64,000 nucleotides of DNA, from positions 112,344,001-112,408,000 of the forward strand of contig OX597817.1 in NCBI GenBank assembly GCA_951406725.2, read 5' to 3'. Origin of the DNA: Octopus vulgaris (lineage: Eukaryota). A program made the translations under genes and the position numbers. A model generated the notes under the pieces. The model was given only the letters and a program-made list of their open reading frames with translations, searched no databases and was not told the DNA's origin. Positions 1 to 12,750 of this stretch are shown piece after piece (within the stretch, counting starts at the first letter, position 1; every line of letters starts with the position of its first letter).

Positions 1-397
1 TATTTGATTCAGCAGTCCCAAATGATGAAATAAATTAATATAAGAAGTATGGAAAAAATAGCAAATTATCAGAACCTAGCTATTGAATTACAGAGACAAT
101 GGAAAGTGTGGGTAAAATGTATCCCAATAGTTATAGGTGCATTAGGAACTATCCCTAAAGATCTGAACAGATGGATAGAAGAAATAGGCACAAAACCCAG
201 TTTATTACAGCTCCAGAAAACAGTGTTATTAGGGACAGCTAGGATAATCAGGAGGGTTCTCGACATCCACGGTTACTTGCTGTAACCCAATAGAAGAGTT
301 CTTGGCATTTAAGGTTATTTGTTGTAGCCTGATGTTAGGATTCTTTTCTTTTCCAACAGTCTAATCTGTTAAGTGAAAATAATAACAATAATAATAA
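1..397 (+). mobile_element. R4/Dong-like non-LTR retrotransposon 3' end (REL endonuclease C-terminus, UTR, TAA tail)
   Basis: ORF 49-285: EKIANYQNLAIEL..W..IPIVIGALGTIPK..LQKTVLLGTARIIRRVL, followed by (AAT)n. Confidence 0.8.
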
Positions 398-520
398 TTA
401 TTATTATTATTACTGAGTGAGAGAGCAGAGCATGCCATCAAAGTGACACTGGGGCAAAATCTATGAAGCTCAGTATACCCATCATGACTACCCGTCTGAT
501 AAAAGTACACCAGGCATTAA

Positions 521-928
521 TATCATCATCATCATCATCATCATCATCATTTTTATTGTCTTTGCACAGCTTCTAACCATGGAAATGTACTATGGTGTCA
601 GCTGTTCACTTCCAGTGAACTAAGATAACACCCCTTACTTTTCGAGCACCATCTGGTGTATTTGAGCAGTTCCACACAGTGCTGTTTTCTGCAAGTTCTC
701 CACCCTTATTGCAGTCCCTATTTGTTCCATGTACTTCTGAAGATTTTTACTCACTGTTCCCAGGACTCTGACAATTATTGGTACTACTACCACCTTTTTC
801 ATTGACCACATCTGCTTAACCCCCCAAGCTAATCTGTCATATCTCTCGATTTTTTCTTTTTCCCTTATCACATACTCTATCTATGATCCCACATCATTTG
901 CCTTCTTTCTCAATTAACACTATATTTA

Positions 929-930
<2 letters not shown>
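521..930 (-). mobile_element. R4/Dong-like 3' end fragment
   Basis: ORF 635-871: EKIERYDRLAW..W..VVPIIVRVLGTV..LQKTALCGTAQI; trinucleotide repeats on both flanks. Confidence 0.75.
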
Positions 931-969
<39 letters not shown>

Positions 970-1006
970 GTTGTTGTTGTTATTGACAATATTTGTTTGA
1001 TGACAA

Positions 1007-1046
<40 letters not shown>

Positions 1047-1237
1047 TGTACATTTAAACACATAAGAGATGGCCATAACAGGACATCTGACAATCTCTTA
1101 TGTGTTTAAATGTTCACTATTTTTATATGAATAATATATAGTCTATTGACTAATTTTTTCTTCTCACTAGACCACTGGTAGCAAAGAATTTTCTAAATTT
1201 TATTTTTTGCTACCCTAAGATTTATTAAATATATATT

Positions 1238-1278
<41 letters not shown>

Positions 1279-1379
1279 TAAATATAATATTCAATTGTGA
1301 AAGAAAAATGCACAAAGTATACATTCATTTGATCAATCACAGCCATTCAGTAAAGCATACAGAACTATTTTTATAACAG

Positions 1380-1573
1380 GTGTTCTCCAGGTCTTTGTAC
1401 GCAAGCATCAACTGGTCAAGTCGTCAATCCATCAGCAAGAATTGGACTTACAGCCTATTGTACAGAAGGTTGCCAAACTGATGAGAAAAGCTATGAGTAT
1501 ACTTGGGAATTATTTTACTATGAATATCGATGGGACTGGCGCAAGATTAAGAATATGTCAGAATATGTAGCAG
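1380..1573 (+). CDS. Polycystin exon 1 (in window), REJ domain
   Basis: acag|g...gcag|gtaagg; [45 protein letters not shown]... Confidence 0.88.
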
Positions 1574-4500
1574 GTAAGGATTAACTAGAGCAATCAAGTT
1601 ACTGCAGGGGTGAGAAAGCTTCATTTAATTCTTGCTAGTGTGCTAAACACTGAGAAATTTATGTATACTTGCAACTGGCTGTCTCTGCCACACAGTTTCA
1701 ATTCTTGGCTATCTATCTTCCAGTTCATTTACTTTCATACAAAATATAAAAACTCCCAGTATGTCATATACAAAAGTAATGTTTGTAAACAAAATGAAAT
1801 ATATTTTAAAATTAACGATGTTTGTCTGTTTTTGTCAATGGTAACCAGAACATCACATGGGACATGAAGATGTATCATGGTGCATCTAACTGTGACTAAT
1901 CAGGCTGATGCAGGCTCATAAGGTGTTGCTACAGGTTGGGCACTGGTGATCTGCAGGGAATGAAGGCAAGGAGTTGGCTCTGGGCTTGCACAGCTCATGC
2001 TTTCTTTGTGCTCCTGCAATCCTTTTTTGTTCGTAGGAGATGGCACCTCTGTTGGCACAGACACACCAAACAGAGCAGTCTTGTGCTTGCATTTCCTAAG
2101 TGTTGGGGGTTGATCTGGAAGTACTCCAGTGAGCTTTGAATGTATTGTTGAAGTGCTTTTTCTGTCCACCTTGTGTGCACTTGTTTTCTGTCAATTCACT
2201 GTAAAACAGTCTTTTGGGTTGCCATGTGTCAATTATTTGAACAAGGTGGCCTACCCACCTGACCTGCGCTCTTCTCAACAGTGTGTAAATGCAATACAAC
2301 TCATCCTTTTGAAACTAAAAGATTGATATTATCACATGCAACAGTTCACGGTGGAGTAGTTCAGGAACTGTTTTTGCAACTACAGCATGGACCTCCCCAA
2401 ATCCTTAGATATGCATCTCTAATATATGACAGGAAAACTCACTTGAAGACCACATAACACTTGTAATGGGAAAGGCATGAACATCCTTGTACAATTTAAA
2501 TTTTCTTAACTTCATAATCATCATTATTTAGTGTCCAATCTTCATCTTAGCATGAGTAACATGGTTTGGTTGGAGCTGGCAATCTGGAGAGCTGTACCAG
2601 GTTCTAGTTGTCTGTTTTGGGATAGTTTCTACAACTGGTTGCCCTTTCTAACACCAACCACTCCACAGAGTGTATTAGATGTCTTTTATCTGTCTCTGAC
2701 AAGGTTGCCTTTTACATTTCACCAGCATGGGTGCCTTTTACATGTCACCAGCACAGGTGTCTTTTACATATCAGTGGCAAGGGTACCTTTTATGTGTCAC
2801 CAGCATGGGTGCATTTCACATGTCACCGGCACTGGCCATGCTTACGATTTCACTTAGCATGACATGTCTTCTCAAACACAGCAAAGCAATTTATAAATCT
2901 GAAATCTAATGCATTTTTAATCAAGGCTGTTTAACAACAGCAATAACCATAACTTAAATGCTCTTTAGCATCCTTCCTATATAAATGTTTGTTCAAGTTC
3001 AGATTTATAGAGAAAATGAAATAGGTAGGTTATGTAACGTTTATGTATTTTTATAAAGGTATTAGTAAGGTGAAAATCTGTTTCCAACTTGAAATTGAAA
3101 TCAAGTTGTGAATCTGGATAAAAGATGTTACTATCTTGCAATAGTAACATCTTTCTTTTTTATCTCATACCAACAAATATATTGTTTTATTTCTGCTATG
3201 TTCTTTTGCAGATAGCGATAAAAAGTATTTAGTTGTCTCCAAATCAATCTTTGAAGACTTTCAAAATGTTGAAAAATTTCGTGCCAAAGTTACAATCATT
3301 GATGGTCTCACCAGAGCTGAAACTGCTATAAATATTTTGGTCAACAAAGCACCACGTAATGGTAGTTGTACAATCTCACCTGATAGTGGGGAAACTGGAC
3401 AAACAGTCTTTAACCTTAGCTGTTTCAACTGGGAAGATGATCAGAAAATTGAACAGTATATGTTCTATGGTAAGATATTTAAATTTCCTCTCTTTTGTTA
3501 CTAAAACTTATTTTTTTTCAAGTATCATAAACTTATTAAATTTCAATTTCCAAGAAAGTGTATAATATTTACTTTCAAGTAATTATTCTATTTTAATCTC
3601 CAATAAAAATAGTTGAAACTGTAAGAACCAGTGTCTCTTTTTCTTCTTGTAAGAATAAATTTCTTACATTTACACAATGCTACTTAACCAACATTTTTAT
3701 TCTGGCACTCCGTCGGTTACAACGATGAAGGTTCCAATTGATCCAATCAACAGAACAGCCTGCTCATGAAATTAACGTACATGTGGTTGAGCACTCCACA
3801 GACACGTGTACCCTTAATGTAATGCTCAGGGAGATCCAGTGTGACACAGAGTGTGACTTCAGCATGACACAGAGTGTGACTAGACTGGCCCTTTGAAATA
3901 CAGAAACAACTCATTTTTGACAGCTGAGTGAACTGGAGCAATGTAAAATAAAGTGTCTTACTCAAGGACACAGCGTGTTGCTGGCAATAGAACTCATGGC
4001 CTTATGATCATGAACTAAATATCTAAATATTCATGTTAATTTCATTTTTCTGATATAAAAAAGGGAAATGAAATAGCTCGCTTATTCACTTCTCACTTCA
4101 TGCTCTTGCTTGATGAAACTGGGGTCATCCCAGATTAGTGGTCCCAGAGATAACATCATGCATAGAGCTGACCAGGTTTACCAGTGCTCTCCATTGTTGG
4201 TAGTCTTGTGCCAGCCCCTCTGCATCCTAAATGAAATAGCAGTTGTTATCAATGTCATGTAACCTGTTTTTGGTGTGGTCATGTTCAGCCCTATTTGTCT
4301 GGCTCTGAAATGAATTTTAAAATATTCGCTGTGATCAATGACTGCATTGTATATATTTTATAACTCATCACTACATTCTTTTATTTTTTGCAAATACATT
4401 TTATGTTAAAAAATGAGTACATCTCTGTTGATCTTTTGTAACTTCTACAATCTTCAAAAATATTTAATAAAGAATTACTTGCATTTTATTGTATATGCCC

Positions 4501-7500
4501 CTCTTAAATGAGAGCAAGTTTAGAGGAAAATGAAAATTAGAACTTTCTGACTTGCAGGATAACTTGAGAAGTGATCGCTAGTTGTACTAAACCAATACCT
4601 TTCTCTTAGGGGTGTTTATCCAAAGATAAAATGAACAAAATTTAAGTGTAGCTGTGGTGTACTTACTACATTAAACCAGAAATAATTTTCTTTTATCAGA
4701 GAGATGTACTTGAAGGGAAAGTTTAATTTTGAATTTTGATATTCTATGGTTCAGAATGTTATATAACAAAATACAAGCTCCTGGCATATGTCTGATGCAA
4801 GATTTTCAAGTCCCCATTCAAAGCCCTTTTACCTCATATGAGTCTCTAATCATTTTAGAAAAGATATGGACATCATATCATTTCATTTCTCTCCCATAAA
4901 ATAAATAAAGCTTTGACTTTAGTCAAGATATTTATAATATCTACCTACTATATTTCTTCCTTCTTCCATTTCATGTCTAGATGATGCATAAAGCTTCCAC
5001 TTTCTCTTCCCTTACTTCACTGTCAGTGGCTGTGGTTCATACCTAGTTTCACATTTCCCATCCACTTGCCTCTGTCTCTCTCTTTCAACAGTTCTTCTCC
5101 AGGTGTTCTTGGGCCTTCTGCATTTTTCCTTCCTTCAAGGGCCTATGTATCTTTGGGTTGACAAGTGGTGTAATTGAGCCCTGAGATTCCACTTGGTTTT
5201 CACTCAAGTGCATACTTCCTTCTCTTTCCAGGTCACAAATCACCGCTTCTTCAAAATGTTGTGGAATCTTCTGAATGTTTGAGATTTCTATAATGAGAAG
5301 TTTGTTTTCAGCCCAACCTTCGAAACCTGATGTGGGTCAAGTTTTCTGTTAGCGTTTCCTTCCCTTAGATGATTGCAGTGCTGTCAATGCTCATGAAGTC
5401 CATCTATCTTGGATATGAAATCAGAGTTTTCTTCTTGGGGGTTTTATGACTTTAACCTGACCAGCCTAATCGGTAACTCTTTTCAAAAGAGGGTACTAAG
5501 AACTACTCTTGATATCACACTGGTTATTAAAACCCGTTTCACACTAGCCACAACCAAGGTTGTATCCACCCTACCCCATATCAAAAGGAACACCACATTA
5601 ACATGGCAGTGAGATGTAACTACGGAGTTCACCCCTGATTTAGGATGCACTGAGCACTCTAAACTGGGAGCATTTAGCAAGGCATATTCAATATTTAGTA
5701 TGGTTTTTATTTTCAGTTAGAAATTGTGTTGGTAAATCTAATTAAAACATTTATATATAATAATTTTAAAATGTGTATTTTTCAGCTAAATTCAAAGACA
5801 GCAATTTACTGAACCAGATTGCTTTCGGTATTGACAGCACCCTTAATGTGTTTATGCCACTTGGTCCTGACTATGATAATTATAAAATGGAAGTTTTTGG
5901 CAAAGTGTTCGACCCATTGGGAGCCTATACAATATATCCTATGGGCACAGTAACAGTAAGTTATTTTAAATTTTGAATGACAGTAGTTATTTTATATTTT
6001 GAAAGGTGACAAATTTATTAATTCCAGTATTTTAGGGTACTTATTTTATTGATGTGTACCCCATGGAGGAATGGCAAAGTAGCCCTTAGTTACATTTGGA
6101 ACCAGATCATAAAGAGGTGTAACTAAATACCATGTAGCATTTTTTGTGAGCTATACTAATTTTGTGCATCTGTTACCCTAAATATATATGATTATTAGCA
6201 GTCATCCACTTGTCTCTCACCCTCAGTTCTTCTCTCAGCATCTCTTAGTTTCAAATTTTGGTACAAGGCCAGGAACTTTGGGGGAGAGGTTAAGTTGATT
6301 ATATTAACACCAGTGCTCAACTGGTACTTATTTTATCAACCCTGGAAGGATGAAAGGCAAAGTCAATCTTGGCAGAATTAGAACTAGGAACATAAAGACA
6401 GACGAAATGCCACTAAGCGTTTTGCCTGGTGTGCTAACAATTCTGCCAGCTTACTGCCTTCTCTAAGCATCTATTAATAGAAGTTACAAACTGGTAAATT
6501 TAGTGATACTTAATTTTCTACATAACATGGGCCTTATGTGGTTATATAACTTACTAGGTTTCCTTACAAAAAGGTTACATTGAACAATGTTGTCTCTAAC
6601 ACCTTTTATCATTTGCTTGTTTTGGTTACTGAACTAAGGAATCACCTTGAAGGGTTTGTAGTTGAACAAATCAACCCCAGTACTTATTGTTTAAGTCTGG
6701 TACTTATTCTATCAGTCTCTCAGTCTGTTTTGCCAAACTGCTAAGTTACAGGGACATAAGCAAACCAACACCAGTTGTCAAGCAAGAAGAAGGGATGAGG
6801 GTGGGGAACAAATACCAACACAAAGAAAAACATATGCACACATATATATGACAGGCTTCCACACAATTTCTATCTACCAAATTCACTCATAAAGTATTGG
6901 TCACCCCCTGGGCTATAGTGGAATCCACTTGCCCAAAGTACCATGCAGTAGGACTGAACCAAAGAACATTGTTGGAAAGCAGACTTCTTAACCACACGAA
7001 CATATCTGCACCAATTATACTCGCTCTCACACACACAAGCATGGAAAGTGGACATTAAAATGATGATGAAGAGCAGGAGAAGGGTGTCAGTGAATTGTCC
7101 AAGTGTAAAAAATCCTTATGTATGAGATTCTTCAACCAGTGATATATAACACATGTACATATATATATATAATTTTAGGTTCTACCAATGTCTGAAGAAA
7201 AGCTACAAGGTCTTCTAGATGAATTAAATAATGGATCAATGGCAGATTTGGATCAGGTGGCAGCAAATGGCGACATACAGGAAACCAACACACTCTTCAC
7301 CACATTGGCATCAGCATTGAACAGCGCTAGTAAGAAAGTTGACAAAGGTGCTTTGCATGTTTCTGCTTGGCTTTTAGTCGATTTAAAAAAATTGATCCCT
7401 TCCTATATGTTTCATTTTGCAACTAATCATATATGAAACCAAGTTTTATTGTAGAGAAAAACATCTTCGAGAAAGTTAAATGTGGAGAAAGAATCCCTTT

Positions 7501-9704
7501 TGATTCAATAGTAGTCCAGGCTGGTAACCAAGTTTTTGCAATACAACTTCTACCAATTCTCTCTCTCTCTTTCTCTCTGCATACATGTTTCTACATATTT
7601 ATACTCTCCCTCTCATACATACACACAACTATTGTTGTTGATTACTTCTCCATTGGTGGAGGCACATGGCCTAGTGGTTAGAGCAGCGGACTCACGGTCA
7701 AGGGATCATGGGTTCTAATCTCAGACTGGACGATGTGTGTGTTTATGAGCGAAACACCTAAGCTCCATGCGGCTCCGGCAGAAGGTAATGGCGAAACTTA
7801 TGCTGATCTTTCGCCACAACTCTCTCTCACTCTTTCCTCCTGCATCTTGCAGCTCACCTGCGATGGACCGGCGTCCCGTCCAGGTGGGGAACCTATACGC
7901 CAAGAAACTGTATGTACTGTAAAATGATTGGTGCCAGAATGGGCATCTAGCTGTAGAAACAATGCCAATGCAGGCATTAAAGCATGATGCAATCCTTGAG
8001 CCCATTGGATTCTGTTAAAGCATCAAATCTTTGCCAGCATGGGACATGGATATTATATAATGATGATAATGATACTTACAATATAGACAAGTATATATCT
8101 TAGATTGCTCTGTAGTTTGAGCAAACTAACTTACATTTCCAATGGCTATGTGCTTTCAGTACAGTTAGCTGCATTGAAAGACAATAAAGTATTTTGTCCA
8201 AAGAAACAAAACAATGCCCTGGGCAAAGAATCTTACCAGTGTATAATCAATCAACAGACATTTAAATAATCATCAAAATATTGTATCTTTTTATATGCTA
8301 GAATATACCGTATTTACCAGCATATAAGACACATTCTGATATAAGACATAGCCCTAATTCAAAAGTATATTTTATGGTAAAAACAAATTTAATATGTTTC
8401 ACCATACACTCATACTCTCAGTATAGCATATGTAATACACTCACATTAGATGCTAGGCAATCTTTTTTATTAGAATATTAGAATAAAATAGTGTCTTATA
8501 TGCCAGCATATATGGTATTTGTCAATATACATAGCAATATTCAAATGGTTGGCTCAACTATCTTTCAGAAGTCTGATTCAGCATAGTTCTAGATAGTTGT
8601 TGCAATAAAAGATATGATGGTTATGTCTAGAACATCTCTGATCATATGCTTACTCAAGCAGGGCTATCCTAGGGCTAAATAATGACAATATAAATATCAT
8701 GACACAGTAACATGTTTATTAGATTTTCAGATTTTCTAGAAGAAAACAATTAATCATTGTACACATGTATGTGTGTAAATATATATATATATATATATAT
8801 GTGTGTGTATGTGTGTGTATTAAACACACACACATGCTCACACACACATGTACACACACATATACACATGCACACACTCACACACATACACACGCACACA
8901 TTATATAACATGAAATTAAAAATAATGATAAAATGAGAACTACAGAAGACAATTTGAAGATTTTACAGGTGAGTAAGATGTCCTTGAGGACAATAATAGC
9001 ATGTTGCATGACAAATTAATGACTGTATGAAGAATTTTCCCCTTTCTTTTACTTGTAGTGATTGCATGGACTTGTTGCATGCTAAAGTAGTGGTTATTGC
9101 AAAAATAACTGAGTATCCTGTTTAAAAAATATGCATAGCGAAATGTTCTAAATGAATGTCTAAAGTGAAAGAAATTTCAAATGCTTATTTTACTAGTGAG
9201 TGATGGATTGGCAAAGTTGTTAGGGCTGCAAGTCAAATACAATACAATATTTCAGTGTTGCTATACATTGTGTGTTCAAATCCCACCTGTTCAAATCCTA
9301 CTTAGTTAATTATTCTAAGATCGGTAAAGTAATTACCAATCAAATAATGTGGTTGATTTAATAACCTTGTAACCATGTTAAGATATTTCTCATCCCTCTT
9401 CCCAAATAAATGACCTCGGGCCAATGTTAAAATATTTATTTTCCTTAATGTTCTTCATTTTAATTTACCTAAATTGCCTAATTAATACCTCATTGAGATA
9501 TGCACTGAATGGTTTGTCAAAAATTATTGATTAATAGCTGTGTGTGAAGAAGTTTTCTTCTCAACCACATTGTCCTAGTTTCAGTCCCATTGCAAGGCAA
9601 CTTGGGCAAGTGTCTTCTACTATAGCCCAAGCCAACCAAACCTTGTGACTAAATTTAGTAAATGGAAACTGAAAGAAGCTCATCACATATATATATATAT
9701 ATAC

Positions 9705-9746
<42 letters not shown>

Positions 9747-10204
9747 TTGTGTTTGTCTCCACCACCTCTTTGAACCCCAGTACTCAACTGGTACTTACTT
9801 TATCAACCCCAAAAGGATGAAAGGCAAAGTCGAGGCAGAATTTGAACCTAGACTGTGAAGGCAGACGACATGTCACTAAGCATATAACCCAGTGTGTTAA
9901 TGATTCTGCTAGCTTGCCAATCTAAATGATAATAATAATAAAAATAATGATCCCAGGAGAAACATGTTTCAGAGAAATCCAAAAGATTGTGCTGCCTACA
10001 TCCTTAGAAAAGCCCTATCAATTTAAATGTATCTGTTGTATTACATGAAGATATTTCGCTACTGCCCCTGCCACTTCCCCTTCCCAAGCTTTCAGTCATG
10101 CTGTAACATCTCTTATCCTTCACTTGCCCTAGGACACTGGGTGTGTCTTGGTGAGTGATTGAAACAAACGTGCAGATTAAAAGTAAATAATAGTAGTAGT
10201 AGTA

Positions 10205-10268
<64 letters not shown>

Positions 10269-10306
10269 GAATAATAATAATACTAATGATAATAATAATG
10301 ATGATG

Positions 10307-10364
<58 letters not shown>

Positions 10365-11489
10365 TAATAATAATAGAATGCCTGGTAGAGCTCCTACAGA
10401 AAGTTTGTCTCTTAGGGACAACAAGGATTATTAGGAGAGTTCTAAGCACTTGAAAGACTGCTGAAAACTTGTGGATACCTAAGGTTACAGGTAGTAAGCT
10501 GCTACCCACATAAATCCTACCACGAATAAGACCAAACCTGAGTCAAACCAAAAATAATAATAACAATAATAATAATAATGGTGTCAAATTTTGGCACAAG
10601 GCAAGCAGTTTCGGAGGAAGAGATAAGTTGATGCTCTTCTGGTGCATATTTTATCAACCCCCAAAAGGCCAAAAGGCAAAGTCAACTGCAGCAGGATTTG
10701 GACTTAGATTGTGAAGGCATTTTTCCTGACATGCTAATGATTCTGCCAGCTTCCTGCCTTGATGACAACAACAACAACAACAGTAATAATAATAATAGTT
10801 TCAAATTTTGGTACAAGGCCATCAATTTCAGGAGAGTGGATAAGTTGATTACATTGACCCCACTACTCTCCTGGTACTTATCTTATCAATTCCAAAAGGA
10901 TGAAAGGCAAAGTCAACCTCAGCAGGATTTGAACTCAGAACATAAAGATGGACAAAATATCACTAAGCATTTTGTCCGGTGTGCTAGCAACTCCACTAGC
11001 TCTGCTAGTCTTAATAACAATAACAACAATAATAATGATAATGATAAAGGTTTCAAATTTTGCCATAAGGGCAGCCATTTTTAGGGGAGGGGATGAGTTG
11101 ATTACATTGACCCCAGTACTTAACTGGTACTTAATTTATCGACCCCAAAAGGATGAAAAGCAAAGTCGAACTTGGCGGAATTTGAACTACCGCTATACAT
11201 TTCATCCAGCATGTTAACGATTCTGCCAGCATGCCACCTTATTAATGATAATGGTAAAAATAATCTTTTCTACTATAGACACAAGGCTTGAAATTTTGTG
11301 TGGTTGGAGGTCAGTTGATTACATTAACACCAGTATTTAACTGATACTTATTTTATTGACTCTGAAAGGATGAAAGGCAAAGTCAACCTTGGCTGAATTT
11401 GAACTCAGAATGTAAATGCCGAAGAAATGCTGCTAAGTTTTTTGTCTGGTGTGCTAACAATTCTGCCAACTCCGCACATTAATAACAAC

Positions 11490-11537
<48 letters not shown>

Positions 11538-12697
11538 TTTTCTTTTTATTACATTAATCTATTTCTACATTAAATCAATGTAATATTAGTGAATTCAGTT
11601 TTTGTCCTTCGCATGTTATCTTTTTAATTTTGAACATTGAATATGTCTTAGATCCTATGACATCTCACCCCTTTAAGATGAATCATTGCAACTAACATCG
11701 ATAAATAATCACTTGAGAAATTTCAGCATTCTTATTTTCTAGAGTTTACACACCAATACCTATGTATACATAGAGATACATACATGTACATTTAGATATG
11801 TGTGAGTCTGTATGATTGTATGGATTTGTGTCATATATTTGTGTATTTGTATGTATATATACGAGGGGAAGTCAAAAATTATCTGCATTTTTGCCATAAC
11901 ATATTTTTATTATCGTCACACTCCCTTCTGTGTGTGCATGCTTATAGTTGGTACTAATGCAGTTACGGGATTGAAGTTTGAGCTAGATTGCACCATTTTT
12001 CATTCTAGCTTTACAATATAAGCATGGCCAATCCATTAGTAATGTGCATCAAAGAAAAAAAAGAGCAGTGATCCAATTTCTCAGCATTTTCACACCAAAC
12101 ACATTTATGCACTGCTTCCTTCAGATCTTCATCCGTAGGAAATTGATGACCATATAAGCCATCTTTGAGCTGACCAAAGATATGATAGTTAGGAGTGAGA
12201 TCTGGGCTGTAGGAAGGTTGTTCCAGCACCACAAAACCCAATTGGTTAATGGTTTCAATGGTCTGGGTGGCCATGTGTGAGCATGCATTGTCATGCAACA
12301 ACAAAACTTTCTTCAACAATAGGTTTTGGCATTTGGTGTGAATTGCTGGTTTCAGTTTGTTGGCCTGCAAAGCACTGTATCTTGCACTGTTGAATGTACA
12401 CCCCTTTTCCAGAGACATCAGATCACTGCACATTGTTTTTTTGGTGCACATTGCAAGTGGAGCAGCCATGCTTACATTGTAAAACCAGAAAGAAAAATGG
12501 CATGATCAGGCTCAAACTTTGATCACGTGACCACAATAGTACCAGCTATAAACATGCATGCAAAGAAGGAAGTGTGACAATAATGAAGATATGCTATGGT
12601 GAAAGAGTGGATAAATATTGACTTCCCCAAGTATATATGTGTATATAATGAGTATATGCACATGTATATATACATATATATATATATATACACACAC

Positions 12698-12750
<53 letters not shown>

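Noticed and set aside
8946-8968. 23-nt exon using the AG at 8944-8945
   Set aside because: It breaks phase with exon 5; only the 9-nt version is kept as a candidate.
10113-10509. Poly-L, poly-N and poly-I ORFs
   Set aside because: They are translations of the (TAA)n microsatellite.
10580-11478. Regular repeat-spacer appearance suggesting a CRISPR array
   Set aside because: The units are about 200-bp diverged SINEs separated by microsatellites in a eukaryotic intron; no cas genes are present.
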